DNA of 64,000 nucleotides from the human T2T-CHM13v2.0 reference genome, Homo sapiens, in NCBI RefSeq assembly GCF_009914755.1, contig NC_060930.1. The stretch is one strand, 5' to 3'. The notes beneath the pieces were generated by a model. The model was given only the letters and a program-made list of their open reading frames with translations. It was not told the DNA's origin and did not search any database. Position numbers and translations under genes: made by a program. Positions within the stretch are counted from its first letter, which is position 1. Each line of letters starts with the position of its first letter. Below, one piece after another: positions 34,867 through 47,122 of this stretch.

Positions 34867-36259
34867 GTAAACCCCACATTAATCCATTTAATCACAAATG
34901 TCAATGCAACTTAGAAACTGAAGGCTTAATACCCAGATGTTACTTCTCCAATGTCTCATGCAATCACTCCCATTACCTCTTCCCTTCTTAATTAAAACCT
35001 TATCACCTCTCTTTGGACTGGAGCAAATAACCTCCTAATTAGTCTCCCTGCTCCCAGTCTCCACATACATACTCTTCATTCTACATACTATTGCCTGAGC
35101 AATGTTCTCAATGCAGAGCTTACACTTGTGCCCTTTTCACCTCCATTCAGCAAAGCTTCTGGAAGTATGAAATTACTGGCCAGCCTAGCATTTTAGATTC
35201 TTTAACATTGGGACTATATCCATATTTACAGCTTCATTTTCTCATTCTTTCCTTAAAAGTTGCATATCACTCCCTGCCCTCTGAAATTGCCCTGTATTTC
35301 ACCATCTGTATGTATTTGTTCCCTGTCTGAAATGCCAGCCCCAGCCCCACCTCATCCTTGAGGAATCTCCCTTCAGGAAACTTTCTTCAGGAAGTTCTCC
35401 TGAGCTCTTTCTCCATTGCCTCTTGTGGCATTCTGTGTCTCTCCCATAGCCCTTGCCATATTTTGCCATGTAATTATTGTAATTACATTGCTATGTTATA
35501 AGGTCCCAAAAGAAGAAAGGGACTAGAATACAGTGCTTTGCACATAGCACATATTTATTGACTTGAAGTATATATATATTATTAGCTTTATTGCCAGAGA
35601 GTGTATTTTTAAATAGATATTTAGCTTATCATAAATTTTAAATACGTACAAATGACATAAGTTTTGCTCAGATGTAAATGGGATTGTCTGACTTATCTAC
35701 TATAGGAGACAGACACTGGCATACTGAGTATTATTATAAAGCACCAAGCAGGATTCCACAGATTCCAGATGCTATATCAAATGTGTATCAGAAATGATTT
35801 GTGCACAGATAGATAAAGGTTAATTTGCTTCTTTTCAGTTTAATTGCAGGAATTAAAATCCAGAACATCTGCTACACACAAACCCTTCTTTGTGACTCAC
35901 AGAGACTATAACCTTCAGCTGCCTGCTGCAATCATATTTTCAAGAAAGAGCAATTCTTGCCTCCAAGCCTGGCCAGGGGTAGCCATGGGGTATGGGTGAA
36001 GTTGACCTTGGACACCTACACCTTTTTATGCCTACTTTTGTAATGTCCTTTCTTAGACTCAACCCCTTCCTCCATGCCTGGTTAGGTGTCTCATCATCCA
36101 TGACTGATTCTCATTGGTGGGCATTTCATGTCCTATCAGCAACTCACCACCCAGGTGTTTATCACTGTGGAACTACCTCACCTCTACAAGAATGCTAAAT
36201 CATGGTGTCTTTTCTCTGGAGAAAAAAGAGATACACTCTGCCCAAAATCTCTTACATGG

Positions 36260-36455
36260 GAGTTTCTTAAAGTGTAGTACGTCAGAACCACTTTGGTGGG
36301 GTGAGGTGGGGTAGGTATTCCCTAAAAATCTCAATTCTAGGGCTTTCCTAGGTTACAAAATCAAAATATTTCATGGTAGAAGCCAGGGAAGTGTTATTGG
36401 TAGTAGAATATCGCTAGTGATTTTTATGCATACTAAAGCTAGAAAACTGCTTTAA
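36260..36455. mobile_element. MER5-type hAT relic
   Basis: Ends 'gtttcttaaagtgt' and 'gtgatttttatgcatactaaagctagaaaactgct'. Confidence 0.55.
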
Positions 36456-37379
36456 AGGTGTCTTACTTTTGGAATGGCTCCACTATACATGTTTCTAAAC
36501 TGAACAAGCTTTCATAATGGTAGTCTATGGTCCCTGCTTTGAAAAGCAAAGTTCTAGACATAACATATAGATGACAGCTTCTGCATATGACTGTGAGCAA
36601 GTTCTGTGATAAGCATGTTGTCATTTTAAGAAAAATCTTAATTTTTAGATAAATTTTGATCACTCACATTGCTACATAAGTTTAGATTGAAAATAAAATA
36701 ATAATATGTAAAATGACTGGATGTTACAGTGGAGGTAGCTGGGAGAGAAGAGTTAGAAATATGAATGACTCCACTGTCTACAGTCCACGCCAGGACTTTA
36801 TCAGCCCTTAAGGAGCTCCTCTCTAGCTACAGAAGCAATAACTATTGCTTATCTCTGAGCAGCTGAAATCTCTGGCTTTTACTTTCTTAAGATTCCTCAC
36901 CCTGGCTTCTGCACAGATTCTGCAGACATCTCCCCTTTCACCTGATACCGCTGCTACCCTTTGTCACACTGTGGAAACAGTCATTATGAGAGAGCCTTGT
37001 TCTGTGTATTTAGCCCATTGTCAGGGAGCACCTGTCCCTAAAAAGTTCTAGAGGCTCCAATATTTCCTTTTTTTTCTGAAGCCTTATTTTTCATTAGCAA
37101 CTCTCCTACCAGAAATTTCTCTCATCTCCATCTCTTATCAAAGACAACAGAGAATGAAGTTGTTGTGGGATCAGGAGGGTGGGTTGAGGACAATGATTTT
37201 GGTCTTGGAACTTGTCTGGGAAGCTCACATCCTCTGCACTCTCTGTATCTGGAACACATATTTTGAGAAAAACAATCTTCTGTACTTAGCATCTCTATAT
37301 AATTTTAACTGGCCATTTTTGACTGATCTTTGAATATAAGTCACTATTTTTATGGAAAAAATGCAATCTGAATTTTTAG

Positions 37380-37490
37380 CAATGTCCTCAAGCTTCAATA
37401 TATAAATAAATGACCAGGGGATCTTGTTAAATGCACATTTTAATTAAGTAGGTCTGGAGAGGGACCTGGGATTCTGCAATATGAGCAAGC
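37380..37490. mobile_element. MER5A-like, truncated
   Basis: 'ggggatcttgttaaatgcacattttaattaagtaggtctgg...gggattctgca'. Confidence 0.7.
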
Positions 37491-37710
37491 CTTCATAATG
37501 GTAGTCTATAGTCCCTGCTTTGAAAAGCAGTGTTCCAGACATAACATGTAGATGACTTTTTAATATACGACCTGTTGTTTAGGTGTTGGAATAAATAATG
37601 GCTCAGATTCAGAAGTGCTTTCCTGTCCTGGTACTATGACTTTTCAAGGCCACTTTGACAGTTCATATGATCTCTGGACCTCATTGAAGACATCAGTCTG
37701 GAATAATCTT

Positions 37711-37998
37711 TTTTTTTTCTTTTTGTTGCTCAGGCTAGAGTACAGTGATGTGAGTATGGCTCACTGCAACTTCTGCCTCCCAGGTTCAAGTAATTCTTGT
37801 GCCTCAGGCTCCTGAGTATCTGAGACTACAGGCATGCACCACCACACTTGGCTAATTTTTGTGTGTGTGTTTGTGTTTTTGGTAGAGATGGGGTTTCACT
37901 GTGTTGGCCAGGCTAGTCTTGAACTTCCAGCCTCAAGTGATCCTTCCACCTCAGACTCCGAATGTGCTGGGATTATAGGCATCAGCCACTGCACCCAG
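37711..37998 (-). mobile_element. Alu (AluJb/old S)
   Basis: Two arms; TSD ctggaataatctt (37698) / ctggaatgatctt (37999). Confidence 0.92.
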
Positions 37999-38478
37999 CT
38001 GGAATGATCTTAATGGTCTCTTTCAGCTGTATAATTCTATGGTTAGTTTTCTTGACATTAATATTAATTCACAGTAGCATCTATGGGCAGAATTTATCAT
38101 AGACCATTATACATTGTTAGATAACATGTTGTGGGCAATTAACCCTTTATAATCAACAATGCTAAAGCAAACAAGTGAAAAGTTCCTTTCTTAACATGTA
38201 ACCTAATTATGAATATCTTTTGAGAGGTCAGTTTTTCTATAGGAAGGAAATGAAATGGGTTAGATTATTTAAATTTAGGGCCAATGTTTCAGTTTTCTAA
38301 TTGCCACTAAATGTTTGTATGATGCTATGTACTCCCTCCAAAATATGTAGTAGCTAGATGAACAAGACATTTTTCATAGTTTGTCATCTCTTCCTACCTT
38401 TCAGACTATTCACTGAGTTCTGCTTTCAATATCTTCTTCCTAGGGTCCACCCTTAAATGTGGTCTTTCTTAGGGTTCT

Positions 38479-38884
38479 TGATATAATTGGGATGTTTGTT
38501 CCATCCAAATCTTATGTTGAAATGTGATACTCAATGTTCAAGGTAGAATGTAGTGGGAAGTGTCGGATCATGGGTGCAGATCCTTCATGAATGGCTTGGT
38601 GCCTTCCCTATGGTAACTAGTGAGTTCCCACTCTGTTAGTTCACACAGAAGCTTGTTGTTTAAAAAAGCCTGACATCTTTCTCTTACTTCCTCTCTTGCC
38701 ATGTGATATGCCTGCTCCCCCTCCACCTTCTGCCATAACTGGAAGCTTCCTGAGGCCTCACCAGGAGCAGATGCCAGTGCCATGCTTCCTGTACAGCCTT
38801 CAGAACCATGAGCCAAAATAAACCTCTTTTCTTTATAAATTTCCCAGCCTCAGGTTTTCCTTTACAGCAACACAGACTAATACA
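38479..38884 (+). mobile_element. MaLR solo LTR (MSTB-like)
   Basis: TG...CA ends, 5-bp TSD gttct (38474 and 38885), and the MST motif 'aagcttcctgaggcctcaccaggagcagatgcc...aataaacctcttttc'. Confidence 0.92.
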
Positions 38885-38889
38885 GTTCT

Positions 38890-39890
38890 GTTTTAGACCT
38901 CTTTCCCATTATATCTAACCTAACCACCCATGCAGAGACCACCTGCCCCTGATGCCTTCCTTGAATTTAGCATAGACCTTTGTATAGACCTCTCCTTGGA
39001 TACCCGCACACAGGCCCAGGCATTCCAAGTGAGCTTATGTTCCTTTATGTTAAACATAACAAAATTTAAAAGCAAGAACCCACATATTTTCCATCACTCA
39101 TTTAGTCATCTCAACTAGAAACCTGAAAGTCATTCTAAATGATTACTGGAACCTCGGTTCCCATATCCAGTAAGTAGCCAAATCCAGTTGCTTCTACCTT
39201 TTAGATATCATATACACACATTTCTTTTTTCCTCCGCATCCCCAAGATCCCTGTCTTGTTTCAGACTCTTGCCATTCATCATCAAGACCATTGTTAAAGG
39301 ACCATCATTGCCCTATCTGTCTCCAGTTGTGCCCCACCTTCTTGTAATTTTCTAGCTGTGGAGTGATCTTTACTAAATCCAAATATGAATGTGTTACACA
39401 TCTTGCCAAAATCCATTCCCAGCCTCTTCATACAATACATGACAGAGGAGGCACCAGGGCTCCACAAGTGGTCCCTTTATACTTATTTGCATTGCTTTTC
39501 TTTAGTCTTCTTTAGGCACATCAGGCTCTGGCTACACAAAACCAACTGGGCTTATGTCTGATTGAGGATCTCCAAGACATTCTCCCAATTCCCTGCTTGA
39601 AGAGCTCCAACGCTTTACTCCTGCCTCAGCCTAAAGATCACTGGCCTTGGGAAGCCTTTCTTAAAAAACCTCCCTCTCCTTCAGCTGATAGCCCGTCCCC
39701 CCTCTGCATTCTGGTATCACCTTGTGTAATGATTACATGAGTATTGGATAAGTAAACAAATATCACATAACACCTACCATTAAAATGTCTTTGAAGGCTA
39801 GGACTCTATACCATTCATTTCTACATCCCAGCAACTAGATTGTGCTAGGCCAGTTTGATAAATTTTGATGGAATGGCTAAATAAACAGGA
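38890..39890 (+). mobile_element. Degraded L2
   Basis: L2-like pyrimidine-rich motifs ending 'ttgaaggctaggact...catcccagca...ttgatggaatg'. Confidence 0.55.
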
Positions 39891-40688
39891 ATATTTGCAA
39901 GAAACTTCAGACCATACCAGGCAGTTTGAACACTGATCAAGAGCTCCTAGCTGAGAGATCAAGCTTGTGGCTAAATTGTGAGTGGCTTGATGTGGGACTG
40001 TGTCAGTATGAATGTGGGAGTAATATCTTTGTATTCTTTTAAAGACATGGTATAGGCCGGCAGTGGCCCTGATACCAGTAGAAAAACTGTAAAGAAATTA
40101 CTCAGCCAGGAAACTAAACCTATTTTAGAAGTAAAACTACTGAAGAAGATAGAGAAAACAGAGACAGTTTCTTAATAAATCAGAGGCAGAATAAAAGTGA
40201 AACTTTTGGAAAACATGTTGGTGGCCATGAAGAATGCCCTGAACCACTGAAGGGAGAATATTACTAAGTAGAATTTTGTGCCTCTAATGAGCCAGGCCCT
40301 GTGTTGGGGGTATTTTATGTTGTTTCATTTTTACAGTAATCCTGGGAGAAAGACAATATTTTCATTTTAACATTTCTCAACATCAAATTGGTATTTAATG
40401 GCCACGGTAGAAATTGGCCCAGCTAAGTTTATCCAGAGGCTTCTCTACCAGAGAAAAGAAGACAGTAATTACATCTGCTACTAAATCTACCCAGAGTATG
40501 GTAGATGCTTGGATGTTTGTCAAACAGGTGAACAAATGCATATATATATATATGAATAAATGGATGGATGGATGGATGGGTGGATGATGGATGAATGTTG
40601 CTAATAACCTAGAAGACATTCTTCACTTGGAGACATAACTTTAGGGGTAAACAGACAGGGTATCAGAAGGGCTAGGTTTACTCCTTAA

Positions 40689-41021
<333 letters not shown>

Positions 41022-42127
41022 GGTGATATTTTCTCAGACCTATAACATCTCTTGTAGGCTCCTCCCTAGTAGAAAGGATGGAACTTATTGTGACAGAAAA
41101 CAAAGTGATCTGAAATGTTTAAGGGGTATAGGCATTTTAAATCCTCACAACCACCCCATGAGGCCAATTCACAGATGAGGCAGTGAAAGCATAAAAAGGA
41201 TTACACATTCAAGATCACACAGCTAAGTGTGGCAACTTATCTACTTTGTTTTGGGGGGATGTCTGGAGTCATCAGGGAATCAAAAATATATATAACTCAG
41301 CAATTTGCATTAAGCTGCCCCAAACTCCCTCATGTTACTGCTTCAAACACAGGATTCTTCCCTTTGGTCTTATGTTTTCAAGGTTTCCTCTGCATTTTTC
41401 ATATTCAGTTTAGGTTGGAGTTCTGTCATGTCTGGGTATTCATGAATAATGGGAGGGACAGCCAATTTCACAAAATTGTTTAATTGAGGGACTGATGGAT
41501 TCCAAGGAGGAATCTCTTCCCAAAAAAAAGAAAAGAGCAAGGCATCTTGATCCAGTCACAGAGATTCATCTACTGTCTGGGAGTAAGAAATTAAAATTTG
41601 GCTGGATGTTCTGAATCTACTCTGCCCAGAGTCAGGGGCTTTTACTTTAAAACCACATTTGCAGGAAGCAGAGCAATTGAGCATAGACTCTGGAGCCAGA
41701 CTAAGTTATACTCCTGAATCTGCCACCTATTGTGTAAGCTCAGACAAGTTACTTAACCTTTCTGGATGGATGAGTGAACAAGCCACTCCAATATCTGGGT
41801 TGCAGACAGAAATGTTATGGTCTCTGTTAAGAAACAAAAAACACCAAAGAATAGTTACTTTTCCCTCTGATTTCTGAGCCCTGCCCATATCTTCCAGAAT
41901 GAAGCTAGTGTAGCCACTGCTGCTGTGGCTTTCAAATGTCAAACCATCAGTAGAGTAAGTTTCTACCTTATTTGGAGCTGCTTAATGGTCTGTATGTCTT
42001 CTATTAACTTCTTCCTACTACTCAAGTAAATCTTCAGTGGATCTTGCATGAAATCTTCCATAAATCAAAAAGACCTAAGACTTTTCTTAAAGGAAGGAAG
42101 AATCAACACCTGGATGCAACATTTTCT

Positions 42128-42830
42128 GGTCCAGTCTACAGTTCCCAGTGTTAGCAATGCAGAAGACAAATGATTTCTGCATTTCCAACGGAGGTACCAG
42201 GTTCATCTCACTGGGGATGGTCGGACAGTGGGTGCAGGACAGTGGGTGCAGCACACCGAGCGTGAGCCAAAGCAGGGCGAGGCATCGACTCACCCGGGAA
42301 GTACAAGGGGTCAGGGAATTCCCTTTCCTAGCCAAGGAAAGGGGTGACAGACGGCACCTGGAAAATCGGGTCACTCCCACCCTAATACTGCCCTTTTCCA
42401 ACGATAGCAAAGACTTGGAACCAACCCAAATGTCCAACAATGATAGACTGGATTAAGAAAATGTCGCACATATACACCGTGGAATACTATGCAGCCATAA
42501 AAAATGATGAGTTCATGTCCTTCGTAAGGACATAGATGACGCTGGAAACCATCATTCTCAGCAAACTATCGCAAGAACAAAAAACCAAACACCGCATGTT
42601 TTCATTCATAGGTGGGAATTGAACAATGAGAACACATGGACACAGGAAGGGGAACATCACACACTGGGGCCTGTTGTGGGGTGGGGGGAGGGGGGAGGGA
42701 TAGCATTAGGCAATATACCTAATGTTACATGAAGAGTTCATGCATGCAGCACACCAACATGGTACATGTATACATATGTAACCTGCACATTGTGCACATG
42801 TACCATAAAACTTAAAGTATAATAAAAAAA
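42128..42830 (+). mobile_element. Internally deleted L1PA4-like mini-element (5'UTR joined to the ORF2 end, 3'UTR and poly(A))
   Basis: 5'UTR to ~42403 'ttttccaacg', then 'atagcaaagacttggaacc'; attttct at 42121 and 42831. Confidence 0.92.
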
Positions 42831-45124
42831 ATTTTCTAAGCTGATTTTAAACCAGCTTGATACACATATTATGCAAGAGGTTTCCAAGAAGTTAAAAGTA
42901 TTCTCCAGCAAAGTAACCCCTATCTAAAGTAAACACTCTTCAAAAAGTTATTTTTGTTTTTATTTTTTTCATTTTATAGGAGCAATGCCTTATGTAGGAT
43001 AATTTTGATATTTAACATTATATTCTGTAATAATTTATTTGAAAATAATCTAAATAGTGCCTCCAGGACCCAGTGGAACTCCACATCTCACTAGAACAGG
43101 TTGTGAGAAAGAGACAGTTCATCAGATTCGCACTCTATGACTTCAATGTACAATGCACAAAAGAGTTTGGATATTATCATCGTTTTCATAGCTCAAGTTT
43201 ATTCTGGAGGGTTGCACACACTAGGCAGTTGGATTGTATAATCTCTAAGGGCCCTCCAGGTCTGACCTATAACTTTCTTTGCTCTATGGCAGCTTAGGCT
43301 TTTGTGGGTATCAAGTCTATGGAAAATCTTCCCCATGCTCAACACACTGATGCACAGATCTTTAGCACCCACTTGTTGGGCTGCTAAAGCACTTTTAGTT
43401 ATGTAAATAAAAAGTGAAGGATATAAGATACAAACACCAGATACTCTAAGAATATGGAGTGTGGAACTTTAAACTTTTTGTTAGAGGGGAAATTTTAAGA
43501 AACTGGAGAGCACCGAGTCCCTGCTGGGAGGAAATGGTACAGGGCAGGGTGGTCAGAGGAATACCACAGTTCTGCCTCTAGCTGGCACTTTATCTTCCAC
43601 TGTGCCAAATGGACTGTGTGGCTGGAGAGGAGATGGATTGTCCTCATCATTCAACACACCTAAGAATGAGCTTTATTGCAGTTAGATGGAAGTGAGAACC
43701 CATAGGTTCATTTTTGTAGGTCTATCCTTCCCTAATTCTTATTTCTGAGGTGGATCTGCAGTTTGGAGTTTCTATCAATTAAGCAATAGAACAAGTACTT
43801 ATTTCTTTTCTAAAATACTATACACAAAATTTCAAGCATTCAGCAAGTCAAAAGCATTTTACAGGGATGATTCCTTTAACAATTTCCTGGATTTCACTGT
43901 TGGTACATTATATTGTCTCCTCATTAACTAATCCACAGAAGTTGCCCCTGGCCACTATTAATAGAATCTGGGACCTACTTGCCACCAACAAGTTTTCTTT
44001 CTCTTCCTGTGGAGGTTGTTCTTCTCATGTAGGTGCCCAAGAGTTTAACAAAAAGGATCCGAAGATAGCCAGAGTGGAAAGGAGGGCAGATTATTGAATT
44101 CCCACTAATGGAGTCCAAGCTCAAAAAAAAAAAAAAAAAAAGAACATATGAAAGTATTTGAATCCACAGAAAGGAACCAGTCTGACTTTTATGAAGGCAA
44201 GAGAGCTGTCTGACCTTGGCAAATGTGGGGTGGGGGAGATGAGATGAGAAGCAGCAAGGTCTTTCTAATCTTCAAAACTTGTTACAGTTTTTCTACTAAA
44301 CCTGCTTATCTTCTAAAGAGGAAACTTCAATAAGAATTTATTTTCAGAGGAACATTGTAAAAATTGGATTAAAAATCTAATTCAAACTAGCCATATATCT
44401 TAAATAAAGTACCACTTCTATTCCTTAGTTGGTTTTGTATTAGCAAGTCAATTCAAAAGTAAAAAATTCTCAGTAAGTAATCCTATCTATAGGCTGCAAG
44501 AACAGCCATGATAGTAATATGTGCCTTACATTGCTACACCTGTGAGTGTTCATTGTCCTTTGAGAGCCTTCCAATTGAGGGTGGACTCCTCCTGCACACA
44601 TGGCCCAGGAAAGAGCAGTGCAAAACCTGGAAGTTGCTTCCACAGTATGTACAAGAATTTCCCAGGATACCAATTAAAAGAAGACTGGCAAAGGAAAGCT
44701 ATGGCCACTTCAGTGATAACAAAGTTTTTGCTGAATTTATATGCTTGCCGAGGAAGGAAACAGAACCCACTGAACTTTTCACTGAGTGATAAAAAATCAG
44801 GCTGTTTATGTGCTAGAAAATGATGGAAAGTTTGTACTCTGGATAGGACAGAATGAGTTCAGAATTTACACATGATGGATTAGATAAGTTCCATTGCACA
44901 CTGGTTAGGAAAAACTCTTCAGTTGGGTCCAGGAGGCATATTGGCACACTGGGGCATTCAGAGTTCTTGACCAGTTATCAGCTTTGGCTGGCAGATGGCT
45001 CAAAGTTCATGGTTGTTTAATAGCTTCAGTTTGTTGAAACAAAGCATTCAATTTTGTTATCACCTAGGCAAATGTTATTGGAAGTGGGGGAATTTTCCTT
45101 TTAAAAAGTGTAGAGATCATATAG

Positions 45125-45225
45125 TTCAGTGTTTTCAAAAACTGTTTCTACTTAAAATATTTTTTAAGCAGTGAAAAGTTTTCTCTAAAAATAATCCTAC
45201 ACAGAGGTCCAATATGAAAAACAGA
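45125..45225. mobile_element. MER103-like DNA transposon relic
   Basis: 'tttaagcagtgaaa...aatcctacacagaggtccaatatgaaaaacaga'. Confidence 0.45.
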
Positions 45226-45713
45226 GAAAAGCAAAGCTATCATGGTGAAAATAGGGATAGGGACTTTGGTGTCTCCTCTGCTCAGCATTCCACCTGGCTC
45301 CCCACCTAAGCACCTGGGGAGCGGAGTGCTGGGTGGTGTCCTATCTGGGTAGAACAGAAGAAAGAGAATCAAGTGACTTGCTGAAAAAAGAAAAAAAAAA
45401 TTGCCCCATTATTATCAAAGAATCCCAGAATCACAGGGTCAAACAAGCTCAGGTTTAAATGGAGCTTCGAAAGTCGTTTATTATCCCAGCCCTTCAATCT
45501 TCCAGCTTAGGAGAGCTGCAGCCTCTGCTTATATTCATAGTGACTAGGCTCTTCCTGTTTCTGAGACACCCTGTCCTCAGTCAGCTCTGGGCACTGAGAC
45601 TTGAATAAGCACTGCCTCTCTGTGGCAAGCAGACATCATCAGCCCCTCCGAACAGCTGCTTCTTAAAAATTACACAGAATGGAGTTTAATCCCAATTTTA
45701 CGGGAAAACTTGC

Positions 45714-45762
45714 TATCATCATCATCATTATCATCATCATCATCATTATCATCATCATCATT
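45714..45762. repeat. (ATC)n interrupted trinucleotide repeat
   Basis: Read directly; periodic ATT interruptions. Confidence 0.95.
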
Positions 45763-45809
45763 AATCAAATATGTGCTATGTCAGACTTTAGCAGAAATAG
45801 ATCAACTTT

Positions 45810-46000
45810 GCAGTGAGAGAAGTTTGGGTTATGAATTCTGGTTCTCCACTTAGAAGCTATGTGACCTTCAACTAGGTACTTCATCATCATCTGTAAAATG
45901 GGGGTAAGGATGCCTGTATCAGTGGACTGCTTGAGAATTATGTGGGATAATGTTTGCAAGGCATTTCCTTTATTTTCACAGTGGTATATTAAGGTGTGCA
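45810..46000 (+). mobile_element. MIR
   Basis: 'agctatgtgacctt...catctgtaaaatggggg...tgagaattatgtgggataatg'. Confidence 0.75.
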
Positions 46001-46065
46001 TGGACATTAGAAATGATAATTCAGTGGATTTCAGAAAACAAACCAAAATACTAAGAGAGTTCTTT

Positions 46066-46480
46066 CTTTTTTTATTTCATATTTTTATTTATTTTATTTT
46101 TTTATTTTATATATATATATGTATTTTTATTATACTTTAAGTTCTAGGGTACATGTGCACAACGTGCAGGTTTGTTACATATGTATACATGTGCCATGTT
46201 GGTGTGTTGCACCCATTAACTCGTCATTTACATTAGGTATATCTCCTAGTGCTATTCATCCCCCCACCCCACAACAGGCCTCGATGTGTGATGTTCCCCT
46301 TCCTGTGTTCAAGTGTTCTCATTGTTCAATTCCCACCTACGATTGAGAACATGCAGTGTTTGGTTTTTTGTCCTTGCGATAGTTTGCTGAGAAGGATGGT
46401 TTCCAGCTTCATCCATGTCCCTACAAAGGACATGAACTCATCATTTTTTATGGCTGCATAGTATTCCATGGTGTATATAT
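46066..46480 (-). mobile_element. 5'-truncated L1PA4/5-like 3' end
   Basis: T-rich tail, 3'UTR, ORF2 end to 'ccatggtgtatat'; TSD gagagttcttt at 46055 and 46562. Confidence 0.92.
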
Positions 46481-46629
46481 TCACAGCCAAAGGAGAAAAA
46501 ATAAGGGTTTAAAATGTTGTATCCCCTAATAAGAAAAAAGAACTCTCAATTAGACTGGATTGAGAGTTCTTTTTTTCTTATTAGAGGATACAACATTTTA
46601 AACCTTTGTTTTTTCTCCTTTGGCTGTGA
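46481..46629. repeat. Near-perfect inverted repeat, ~70-bp arms, 8-nt loop
   Basis: tcacagccaaagg...aactctcaat / tagactgg / attgagagtt...cctttggctgtga; three substitutions and one A-tract indel. Confidence 0.96.
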
Positions 46630-46900
46630 TGTGGGCACTGATAATTAATTCCTACACAGAAGCAGCATGCTTTCACTTATTCAGGTTGTGATAGGAGTTG
46701 GGGCTGGAGGTGGGAATCATGGCTTTTTGGCCTTGCCTGCTTGCAAATCAGTGAGACTGAGGCCATTTCCTCTCTGACTTTAATAAAACTCAATACTTCC
46801 GCCAGGAATCCACAAGTATCAGGCACTTCTCACATTCTTAGGGGGACAGACTACAGGAAAGCATTTGAAAGTGGTCAGAATATGCTAGGATGCTTTAGCC

Positions 46901-47122
46901 CAGGGGTGTCCAATCTTTCGGCTTCCCTGGACCACACTGGAAGGAAAAGAACTGTCTTGGGCCATGCATAAAATACACTAACACTAATGATAGCTGATAA
47001 GCTAAAAAGAATACCAAAAATATCTCTTAATGTTTTAAGAAAGTTTATGAATTTGTGTTGGGCTGCATTCAAAGCTGTCCTGGGCCACATGTGGCCCGTG
47101 GGTCACGGGTTGGACAAACATG
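46901..47122. mobile_element. MER30 (hAT-Charlie MITE)
   Basis: TIRs caggggtgtccaa / ttggacaaacatg; degenerate 8-bp TSD ctttagcc / ccttagct. Confidence 0.9.

Noticed and set aside
42395-42412. Spliced L1 (SpIRE-type) junction
   Set aside because: A GT-AG splice would give ccaacg|caaag; the observed sequence keeps 'atag'.
44123-44141. Orphan poly(A) as the tail of a retrocopy
   Set aside because: No AATAAA, TSD or recognisable upstream body.
44470-44823. Three overlapping ORFs in unique sequence
   Set aside because: No recognisable domain or clear exon boundaries.
46481-46629. Known miRNA gene or MADE1/MITE
   Set aside because: No recognisable TIR or miRNA; the arms are explained as a copy of flanking DNA.
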